Origin: Hyphochytrium catenoides | Taxonomy: Eukaryota > Protista > Hyphochytriomycota | Direction: 5' to 3' | Assembly: GCA_900088475.1 (NCBI GenBank) | Contig: FLMG01000406.1 | Location: 1-47,532 of the forward strand | DNA: 47,532 bases | Shown here: piece by piece, positions 10,302 through 21,094 of the stretch | Position numbering within the stretch: position 1 is the stretch's first letter | Layout of the letters: each line of letters starts with the position of its first letter | Notes under the pieces: generated by a model | Database searches by the model: none | Told to the model about the DNA's origin: nothing | Seen by the model: only the letters and a program-made list of their open reading frames with translations | Translations under genes and position numbers: made by a program

Positions 10302-13012
10302 CGCATCGTGTACCTCCGGGGATGCTATTCCTAGTTCATGACTTTGCGGTTGCCTTCCAGCGGGCTTCAACTTTTGCACTCATGATCACACTCCAGGTCT
10401 AACTGCATGTATGGCTACTCTGCTACTTCCTGGGTGAGTGGACACTACTAGGAAGGTCGAAGCGATCGAACTTGGCCATAGGTGTTATGGGGGAAGATGC
10501 TTGTTGTGGAAACGAGTCAGTTTGCTTTTCTGAACCTACAGCAATCCAGATGTAGACGGCCTTCTTCCTCCATCGCGCAGCAGATATGAAGAAGGAGGCT
10601 TCAACCGCTGGGGGCAACAATGTTCGTGCACTTGTCTCACACTATTAATTGAGTTTACCTGTGATCCTCAGCCATGCCAGCCACTATTTTTTGTATCAGA
10701 GCTTCGTCACCAGCCGTGTACTGCTCGGCTTCCACGAGACGAAGCTTCTGAAGCTACCAGCCAGCGGTGGGTGTCGCTTTTGAGGGCCAAATGGACAACC
10801 CCAATGCGCGGAGGAAGAAGTGGGAACGATCCCAACGTTGGCGGTGGTAGACTCTGTCATTATTCCAATTTACTTTCGACAGTAATAAGGAGAGAAAATG
10901 AGGCAGCTTCTTTGGCTCCTTACGCAGCATCAGGAGAAAGCTGCCAACGCGGACAGCATTTGGATTCTAACATGAGACAGCTATGCCGCAGATAGGGAAA
11001 GGTAGTCGTTGGGGAGGCGCTGCACAATTAGAAGGGACAAGTGATAGACGGGGTGGTGTTATAGGGAACGACGGACCAAACAGTGAGTTAGCATGATGAT
11101 TCTGCCGCAACTAATTAGTAGTAGGAACTAGTAGGAAAATTGTAGCATAAGTGTCGCTTTACGGGGGTTTTGGTCTTCTTCCGGCTTCTTCTGCCAGGTG
11201 AGCAGTCCGCGCGGCGGTGCGTGCGGCGGCGGGCGTATGTATTTATCAAAAGAAAATGTCTCATACTTCTCTCTCTTATATTTCAAGTTGAACATCATCA
11301 GAGAAATTCCTATCGGGGTCCGGGCGGCGAATCCTTCTATCCACTTCAGCCAAACCCGCTACATGAGGAACCGTCTCTTTGAAAGCATTTGCCCAAAATG
11401 GAAGTCGGATTGGCGTGCCCCCGGCTGTCGACAACTGGCTACTTCGTCCGATGGTTCGCATAACCAGGGGCGACAATGGCGGCCGTTCTTTCACTTCAAT
11501 TTCTTCACTTTCATCACCTTTGATGAGAACCCTTCTTAGATCTGGTAGTGAAGTCACATCATATCTTTGAGGGTCGCCTTTCCTCGGCTACCACTTGTCT
11601 CATAGTCCTACCACCGACCCACAACACCAAGCACACATCAACACTTTTCAAGCTCAACCCTCTGCACTAGCAAGGCTTACTACCCAGGACTGGTTACGAT
11701 GATTCACAATATTATGTCCGCCCTTCCTGAAGAAGAGCACTAGCTGCGATACTGCTCAGCACCAGCAGCGTGTGCAAGAAAGAGAAGAATGAAGAAAAGG
11801 CAATGCTCGTTGCTGGTTGTTTGCACGAGGAGAGGAAGTGATAATACGGGTCGGCGGCACACCGTCTTCTTCGCTGGCCTCACTGTCGACGACAGTAGTA
11901 TCAAAGTCAAGGGTAGTAGTTCTCCTAGAGAAGCTTGTCTAGTAGGGTTTCTAGCTTGAAGGACTTTCTAGCCTTTGCAGTGCTTGTAGAAGACTTCTAT
12001 TTCTCCGTACCTCAATTCATGTTACAAGGGCAGACTGTACTCGTGGCCGCTCTCTCTTCATACATGTAGCAGTTTTAGATCCCTGTCCTCCAGTAGTAGT
12101 GGTAGTTCTAGTACGCTCATTTTGCTCCGGATGGTGGCACCGTTATCCCCTGCCCTCTGTCCTTCCAACGGACTCTCTCATGATTTATTAGCACTTTTGT
12201 ATGGGCAGAGCAGCACACCGGAAGCCCAAGGTTCTCTAGTCTCTAGGAGTAGCGGTAGTTCTCAGTTTGTTTCCTGCTTATACCGTATCTTTTATAATAA
12301 ACCGGCCTGTCCCAAGACAGAGACAAGATCGCCAGCGCTAATAGTAAGCAGCCGACAACTAGATACACCGAACTAATGTATACATAGGAGGAACTACTGT
12401 TTTACATAGTTCTACACACCAGGTTGTCTGCTGGCCTGAAATTCACGTGGAAGAGTGGGACGTTCGGCGATGATGACTGATGACTACGAGTAGGAGATGA
12501 GGAGGAGAAGGACACGGTGCGTGGCGGCGGCTTCTAGTCGGCTTCTGCTGATAGCTAATAATAAGCCGTATCTCTGGATCCGTAACCTCGTCTTTCTGGC
12601 CATAATATTGAAAGAGCGCCGTTCACTTCACTGGTGGGAGTTCGGAATTCGGTGACAGTCTCCGCCATTCCGTGGCTTGATGATGCGTCGTAGAGCATTC
12701 AACGCTTGAGCTGACAAGATAGGAGTGGTGGATAGGGCCGATCCCAAGCTGTTTTTGCAGGCATTGCTCAGTTATGGTTCTTCCACTTCGGGTGTACTGG
12801 GGTGAGGTCCAGAGGGACGGCAGCCCAGAGAAAATTATGACCGGTTAGACTAAAGAATGGTGGTAGAGAAGGTCCCGAGCCCATGAGCAAGCTTCATAGA
12901 TATTGCATCGTCTCTTCATCCCTCCGCCAATGAGCCCTATTATTTCTCTCTTTGCTAGTGTATGAAGGTCACGTACAGCAGAGGATCGGCGGGTTGAGTC
13001 TCAACACATAGA

Positions 13013-14203
13013 ATGACCATAGAAGTTATGCCTCTCTTCAAGACCTCCGGGACGCTGGCAGGCTCTATTAAGAGTGAAGGACTACGAGTTAAGAGCGCGC
13101 AGCAGTCGCTACAGCGCTCTGGGGACACATACAAGGGTAGCCACGTATTTCGCCATTGGCGCTTTATCATCTTTTGGTGGACCGTCATATCTCTAGCGCT
13201 TTTTCTTCCTGAAGCAGACGCTGCGCTAGTTGCTCGGCGGCCAGTGCAACCACAAGGGCGGCTGACACGGAGTACGAATAACGCATCAGGGCTGGGAAGA
13301 CAGCAGCAGAGCTTGAGATACAAAAAGCTCCGCATCCCTGCAATAGAAGCACTTATGAAACGCGCGAAGCAGAAAAAGAGTAGCGACGACGTCCAGGGTG
13401 CCAACTTCATACTGAAGAGTTTGGCAGATGGGGATCCTGCGCGGAGGAAGGTCGGTCTCGGCAAAGCGCGCCAGCTTCTTTTCTCCGAAGCAAATAGTCA
13501 AGGCGGAATAGACAGTATCCTTCTTCAGCTACTTGCCAAGGAAGATAATGCGGCTAACCCTCTCCTCTCATCGATGAGAGTAGTTGAACAGCTCTCCGAC
13601 GGTCATGCTAAGGTAGTTCCGCATGTTGATACAGGGGGAACGAAGTACATGCTCCATGTCTACGAACCCAGCCTTCCGAGCCCTAGTAAAAACGTAGATC
13701 CCATTGCCACCTGGCCAATCGTGGTGTTCGATACAAAGGAAGGGCCAATTGCTCAGATTCTCTTCCATTCTCTGAAGCAGACCTCCGGAGAAGATGGGAT
13801 GAAGTGGGAGTCTCAACAAGAAGTGCTGGATAGGAATATGCCTCTGTTCGAGGCGTCATTGACCATTGGGGAGCTAATGCACCCTCTTCCAAAAATCGAA
13901 GCAGGAAGGCGAGGGATCACGATGAGAGACCTATCAGGAGGCAAGCTAGGACCACGGCCGAACCAACTCCAGATAACCATCCATAGGTCAGACGAAGGCA
14001 GTGTCTCTAGCGTTGTGCCAAAAGAGACTACGCCGTCCCTCGAAATAGTTGTTCATAAGCCGGAAGACCCGCCTTCCAAGTTACCAAGTCAGAACAAGCC
14101 TTCGGGTAGCAGTGTCTCGGACCTGGTTCGTCAAGCAATCGACAGACTTAGGCGACGACAACCTTCAGGAAGTCCAGTCGTAGAGCTTCCAGTGAGGCGT
14201 TAG
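13013..14203 (+). CDS. Intronless hypothetical protein (396 aa) with one N-proximal hydrophobic segment (signal or anchor-like)
   Basis: 1191-nt ATG-initiated ORF. WRFIIFWWTVISLALFLPEADA followed by a basic stretch. No family recognised. Confidence 0.7.
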   Translation: MTIEVMPLFKTSGTLAGSIKSEGLRVKSAQQSLQRSGDTYKGSHVFRHWRFIIFWWTVISLALFLPEADAALVARRPVQPQGRLTRSTNNASGLGRQQQSLRYKKLRIPAIEALMKRAKQKKSSDDVQGANFILKSLADGDPARRKVGLGKARQLLFSEANSQGGIDSILLQLLAKEDNAANPLLSSMRVVEQLSDGHAKVVPHVDTGGTKYMLHVYEPSLPSPSKNVDPIATWPIVVFDTKEGPIAQILFHSLKQTSGEDGMKWESQQEVLDRNMPLFEASLTIGELMHPLPKIEAGRRGITMRDLSGGKLGPRPNQLQITIHRSDEGSVSSVVPKETTPSLEIVVHKPEDPPSKLPSQNKPSGSSVSDLVRQAIDRLRRRQPSGSPVVELPVRR

Positions 14204-14662
14204 CGCTCTTCCTCCTAGTCAATCAACAAATTCCAGTTCCAATTCATCGGAAAGCTGGCTATTCTCTTTGTCCGTCAGCAGCAGTATCTCAAGAGACTAG
14301 ATTATGCCTAGAGATGCAGTGCGCTGCATCCTCACGCTGGTAGGGATAAACCTTTAAAAGACAAACGTGTCGGGGAGCACCGGTGATAGACATGGACTGC
14401 TTTGCTGCCTAGCATTCTTTTCATAATGCCTATAGCAAAGGCATCACCATTGTGGTCAAGCAAGACTTCTGATGAACCGAAGTAGCAGCTTGGGAGAGCC
14501 AGGTGAAGCAACCTCTTCACCTAAGCCAAGCAGGAGCCCATCCGATGTAGGAAGATAGCCACCAGCAAGTCGCTTCTCTCAGCCTATGTCATATATAAAT
14601 GCAAAGCGTTTTCCACCCCGGCAAAGACGGTCCCTAGACACTTTGCTTTAAATATTTTTAGC

Positions 14663-17600
14663 TTAGATCTTCATCAGCTCCATCAGCAGTTTTCTGTCAC
14701 TGGCATCGAGCTGTGAGACCAGGAGGTCGAACGCGGGCTTCTGGTGCGCAAGCGTGGTGAACACCTCGGAAAGATAACCACGAAGATTGATCTTGTATAG
14801 AGGATCCTCCTTTGAGGCTAATCTGTCTTCATCGTCTTCCTCCTCATCTTCATCTTCGTCATGTTTGTCCAACACATCCGATAGGTGGGCGTAGCCCTCT
14901 GCAGAAGAAAAAGTCAGTGATGGATGCTTCAGCCTCAAGGACTACCTGCTTTAGTAACAGAACCGGCACCGGCGTACCTGCAGGAGCAAAAGGGGACGGC
15001 TCTTGGCCGCTTCTTCCTCCAACATGTGCCTAATCAGGCACGAAGCGTTATAATGTACCACGGGTTAGCACCAAACATAAGTCAAGCAGTGACACCTTAG
15101 GTTACGTACCAAGTCATCATCACTGTCTCCACTATCAGCCTCCGAGTCCCAGGCTTCTTCGCCTTCTTCCTCTTCTTCTTCCTCCACTGCCAACCTTATA
15201 GTCCGAACGAGTACGACGAAGATCCGTACAGGTAATAGTTGTCGCTCATACTGTGAGTGGGGTGACGATCAGTAAGAGGATGCAATCGTGCCGAGTCATA
15301 GACTCCTTGAATCGAGCCCCACTGACGCGTCTCACTGCCGTGCCCGCTTACCTGCGTTGGCCCTTTCTTCTGCGACCGTGTGGTCACGCCCGGCTTCTTT
15401 TTCCTTCTGTCTGTAGTAACAACCTCATCACCCTGGACTTGAAGGCTTTCCAACCGGGGATCACGAAGGAACAGTAGCTTCGCTAAGGCTGTGGAGCTGA
15501 CCTGTAGGCAAAGAGGCGAGAAGCGGTCACAATCTTAGCATTGGACACCAGGCTTCTATTAACGTGGTGAGGGAGGTCTCACAGCTGCTTTTCTTCGTCA
15601 CGCATTACCTTGAGCTTGTAAAGACCATAAAACTCAGGATGCGAGCGTAGCCATGCGTTAAGCACGAATGCTAAGGCGGACTCCTCCCCTTCGACCTCCA
15701 CTGACTAAGGGGCACAATTAGTCGCACTTGTCCGTGAAAAAGCGTTGGTGGATTTTGTAGGCAAGACTAATGTAGGCGACAGGATAAACCCACATGGGAA
15801 ACAGGAAGTGCAGAGAGATGTACCAATAGAGGAAAAGCAGTGAAAGAATAGTGTGATACTCCGCGTTGAACGACGTCGAAGCGAACATGAGTCCTAGGAA
15901 TGGGATCAACAGATATGTCCTTTAAGCTTTCACCTGCAAGAAATCGACAACTGCCCCTCCGTGAGCATGCACCAGTCTTGCAAACACGAGACAGAGCTCC
16001 TCGATCAAACTTGGCAGGCGGGCCACGCGCAGCCGTCGCACAGTAGCGGACAGCATAGCTGTAACAGTCTCTGGTGGGATATCCTGCCCAGGCATGAGGG
16101 ACGAGGAGATAAGCAATTTTTCTCAATTTTCCTTAGGTCCCCATTCTCTGCGGAGCAACCCCCAGACACGACTCTCTCGGACTCGATTCAGCTGCTAACA
16201 AGTTTGTTATTCTTCCTACCTTACATAAGAAAGTTAGCCCCGCCCTTCCCAACATCTGTCACTCCGACATCTGCGCTTACTCTCAACCTTCCACCTCACG
16301 TGCAGCTCACCCCTTGCAGCTTCTGTATAAGTTGAGAAATGAGCCCTCCAACGTAAATAGCTCCTGAGTCTGAGATCTCTGGCCCTAAAAGCTTCGCCAC
16401 CACCATGACTACACTTTCGACCCCTGATCGCTGCATAGGATCACGCCTGGAAGGAGAGCGCTGTGAATAAAGATAGGACTAGAGTATCCTCAGCCCGGAG
16501 GTTAAGAGGGACAAGTGGCCGCATCAGGCGTAGCAAGTGGGAACCGGATATATTCGGAGAGAGCACCGGCTTGGAGCAAGTATATGAAAACAGAAGCCGG
16601 CGCAAGAAGGGAGGCATTTACTTCTGGTTCAAGGTTTCCATAAGTTTGACCAATTCGCTTGGACTTACCATTTCAGCAGCTCAGTCGCCCCTAATCGGAC
16701 ATACGTCTTCAAGCATTGTGCCCCACATTGCAGCAGGGAGAAATTATCCGTCTTGGTGAGAAGCTCGAAAAGTGGGGGCAACGGGCCATCGAACAACTGA
16801 GGCGGCAGCGGAGTGGGACCACGAAGTACCATGATCTGCAGAATATCAATTGCAGACTGCAAAGGGGAAACAAAGTCTCATGAGTTAGGCAAGGTGCTTC
16901 TTGCTCTAGCAGGGAATGTAAAAGAAGGAACCTATCCTACAGCTGGTCCTTCTCATATATCTTACGTCATACAGCGTAAGCCCTTGCTCTTCAGGTGCTT
17001 TTAAGATGGAAATCAGTGTCGGCAGTAGCCGGTGTAGCAGCGGTAAGTAACAGGCAGGAAGGGCCGCGACTGCCGAGAGTAGCTCTTTCACGGATTCTAC
17101 ATCGAGAGAGGGTGACGCAGGCGCACAATCATTAGAGTCGTGGCGTGCACAAGCCCCATACTCACCAACACAACGATGCGTGTAAGAGCACAGAATGAAA
17201 TGACAACGCTCCTGCAGCAGAACGCGCAGAGCGGGTGGGCGTATCTTTTATTCTCAAGACATAGTGTAGCAGATAGCAGGCGGAAGGAGCGACGACGGCT
17301 GATGATAAAGGAGGTAGCCCGTAGGATCGCTTCATACCTGTGATGAAGGGACTTGAGGAATACTTTACCCACACAGCTACGAGAACCGTCACGAGGTGCT
17401 GGCTGCTCTCCACAGTAGCTGAGGGATTCAGGCGAGCCGCGGATGCAAGAGTGGCCAGGACCTGAAAGGACATGTAGGTCAGACGCAAAGTAACAAAGAT
17501 AGAAACAGCAATAGAAGTAATCAAAAAAGTGCGCAAGAAATAGATGACCGATAAAGTTCTTACCATGTGTAGAGTTTCTGCAGATGCAGCAGTGATTAAG

Positions 17601-20424
17601 GAGATTGTTCGGTCAATAATCTGCTTGGCCACCAGAGGCTCTGAAGCCTGAGGAACCTACGCGGAACAAGTAAGTAAACCATCAACCGCTACCGTGAGCC
17701 AGTTGGATTATGCCATAGGACCATATTGGGAGGAGGAGCCAACGGGAAGAGTTGGCAGTGGGCTGCCGGGAAGAACTGACCTCTGGTGCCAATGCTCCAA
17801 CTGCTCGACAAGCTGCAAGTTGTAATGAAAGAGGGAGAGATGGATCTAGAGCATGAACGGCAGCCTGCAGGAATAAGGTCCGCTCCTGGACCGGTATAGC
17901 ATCTTTGTACTGGCTAGCACACCACAGCGCGCGAGCAACAAGATATGCAGGGAGGGATGGAGAGATGGGCACACTCGGCGTTGGTAGAGAGGAGCCGATC
18001 AGGCTAGTGATGGCGCTAATGTCTAGAATCCCTACAAGTTTGCTCTATTTATCCATGAGGTCAACAAGAGATGTGAGAGGTAGGGTGGGCGTAGAGTCCA
18101 GAACATCTTGTCACATCAATATCTCACCTTCTGCAACCCTTTGATGGCACCTTCTGCTATCGTCCCCAGGGCAAGGAGCGCGACCTCTTTCATCTTGACA
18201 GCGCGAGAACACTCTCCTCGTTTTTCTGCTTCCTGCAGGCGAAATTGCAGTGCCCCTACGGTGGCCCTGATGGCTTCCAGACCGAATGCTTCTTCTAGCT
18301 GAGCAAGCAGGGAGGTCCCCAGTCCTCGAAGGCTGGTATCAACAAACTCCTCTTCCTCTTCAGCGATGAACTTATTCGCGTCCTCTTCCCATAGAATAAG
18401 CTGTCGAAGTGAAGATTGATAACCAGGTTAGCCAACTTCCATAGACCTTACCCGCAGACAGGAGTAGTACTGAAACGCTAGCATCCTCCACTGTTTGGAT
18501 GAGCCATATACTTCGCTTCCTGACCCTGATCTGTCTCTGGCCTCATCTACATACCTGCTCTTCCGTGATCTGCATGTAAGCTAGCACAACCTTGAGTAGG
18601 TCTGGGAGCACGCCTTGAACAAACTTCTTGATCTTTCGCGAAGGAGACTCGCATACCACTTGTAGAAGGTCAAATAGCTGGCCGATCAGCGCCTATCAAG
18701 GGGTGCGTGCGAAAGCAAAAGGGCCAAGCATTTACTTCAGAGATAGAAAAGGAACGACGCCGATGTGGTCAGCGCCTATGGGCTACGGAGCAGTGGAGCT
18801 CGTGAGCAAATGAAACTTCAAGAGAGCGATACCTCAAAGCCCATTTGCTCTCCTTCACTATCGTAGGAAGTCTCCAGGATACTATCGCCTGAGCCATTAG
18901 TAAGCGCTTCCTCATAGATGTCGATCCCCGAGGAGAGGAGGCCCCACAGGGAAGGAAATAGGGAAGGCAGAGATGGCAGTAGTAGCTTGGGGTGGCGATT
19001 CAGAAGAATAGACAGACAAGAGAGGATCTCAATGTGCAGCCCATAAGTTCCATCCATCTCTATCGGCTGCCGGAGGACCTGGAGGAGACACCCAAAATGG
19101 TTATGTACAGAGTCAGCGACAACAAAGGTCTGCCATTTAGAGTAGAGTGACAATGAGCGATCGAGAGGCCAATGAGGAACATAGACGCAACCCTGAGGAC
19201 GAGTTCATTTCCTAGAAGATGAACGGCAGAAAGGCTACAGAACGGAAGAAGACGCCAATCGAGAAAAGTCCTGGCTGTGCAGAACGTTGTGACAAGCAGG
19301 GTCTTACGGCAAGGAAGGCCTCTATCCATGGTGGCATAACGCTGCTAGCAATCTCTTTCTCCACATCCTGTGCCTCTCCTGAGCTCAGCAGCACTGCCAA
19401 CACCCCAAAGCATGCGCTCACACAGTGAACAGCCTGCATACGGAGCCGTGTGGAGAAGCTCTGTGGCGTGCTGAAGATTCGGAGGAGCTCAGGGAAAACA
19501 TCTCGAACAAACTGAGGCATCAAATCGGCACTGATGTCGTCTGACAAGAGACACAAGCACTTTAGCGCACCGCGGACCTGGATGAGTGGGGAAGGTCAAG
19601 CAAACTCTCAGTGACGATTGGACTAGGAAGATTTGAAGAGATACTAGAGCTGCTGGAATTCAAGACAGCACTCCGCTCAGGGACCCAACTAGCGGAAAGC
19701 TTTGCAGCCCTGGCGACGGATGATCGGCAGAGGCAGATTCCAGGCAAGGGATGGGCGTAAGAAGCAAGCGACTTTAACCATTGGAAGCAGTAAAAGTATG
19801 AGAGCAGCCATACGCTGTAAGTATGGGCAGAAAGACAAGCAGGTAGCGGAGAAGAAGAAGCCCATCTAGAGTCATCGGTGAAGGACTTGCTGCATCCACG
19901 GTCTGTGAGACAAGGTCCAGGACCTCATGCTGCCTCTGGCAACGAGCAGAATGTAGGACGCAGAGAGGACTGGCCACACTTACCACTGACGTCGATTCAT
20001 GCCGCAGGAGATGCACCAAACCAGGAAGAAGTGATGGCCACTCCTCTGGAAAGTCAAACTGCGCCACGGCGTCGATGGCCATACTCATGCCCGTCTGGAT
20101 CTTACTATGGCTGTCTAGCAACCCATGAGGCAGAAGCTCTCTAATCTCAGCCTTCTCTTCGGCATCTACCGGCCGGAGCCGTGCACCGTCCTCCTCGTCG
20201 CTAGGGAGCCAGTGCTTCTTCACTGCTTTCTTGACCAGAAGACAAGCTAGTTGCCGGATGTGGAGAGGCAAATCAGAAGAGAGGCCCACGCGGCAAAGGC
20301 CCGAGATAACCCCACGATGCGTGTTCAGAGCACTGTCGAGCTGCGCCTCAGCCTGGCTTCGTATGCCGCTGTCCGCACTTTGAAGGCAGTCCAGGAGCTG
20401 CAAGAGCTCCATTGGCACAGCCAT
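14663..20424 (-). CDS. IPO9: Importin-9 (importin-beta family, HEAT repeats); about 17 exons
   Basis: IBN_N-like start (LLDCLQSADSGIRSQAEAQL...IRQLACLLVKKAVKKHW), FDFPEEWPSLLP, YMQITEEQ/LILWEEDANKFIAEEEE, PYLVARALWCASQY, YVGGLISQL, C-terminal acidic tract and EDPLYKINLRGYL. Sixteen GT-AG introns traced by hand. Confidence 0.92.
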
Positions 20425-21094
20425 CGTTATGACGTTATCGACTCTCAGGGCCGTCAGATGTCTAGAAATGACAGCGTCCCGCGCCTCCGTTAATCGGCCC
20501 TGGCAGCCGCTTTCCTGCAAGGAAGCCTGTGAGGCGGCAGAAGATGACCAAGCCTGCAGAAAGAGGAGCACATTGAACTCTGTCTGCCCTGCCTCTGACC
20601 TTGGACCTTGGCCTCTTCTTCTTCCATCAGCTGCTGCAGAAGATGCGAATTGGTAGGGCCCGCCAATAACCATTTCGAAGCTGTTCAGAATAACACTCCT
20701 AAACAGCGGATTCATCCCTGACAGAACTGGCCTATATTCTGCATATAGACTGCTGGGAAGTTGGGCAAGGGAGGGACAGATCCGAGGTGTTAGAAGAGCT
20801 TCGAGTCTCAATCTTCAGATCGCTCCTCCGCAGATCGGATCGGACCTGTCAGACGGGCAGAAAGGGCTCAGATCTTCTGAAGCTTAGGACCGCTGGTTAG
20901 AGCGCTGAGATACCAGAGCGGGGTTGTCTCTTTCTAGCCATGGCGTGCTATCCTGGAAGTGGGAGCTAGTCTACAAGGATGAGAGAAGTCTTCATTTTTC
21001 CGCCACCCCACGAGGTCAAGGGTCTCATGAGACAGAGTACACCTATAATATATGGGCGAGGAAACAAAGCAATAGGCAGTGCACCGTGGTCACG
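20425..21094. promoter_or_regulatory. Probable bidirectional promoter between IPO9 and golgin-84
   Basis: 670 nt between divergent start codons. Cluster of GATC words at 20778-20885, including AGATCTTCTGAAGCTT. Confidence 0.55.

Noticed and set aside
11170-11570. Overlapping 60-113 aa ORFs beside a GC-rich block
   Set aside because: No recognisable motif, splice pattern or terminal repeats.
20425-20811. 129-codon N-terminal extension of the importin-9 ORF
   Set aside because: It begins at a non-ATG codon, and importin homology starts at MAVPMELL (20424). Probably UTR or promoter.
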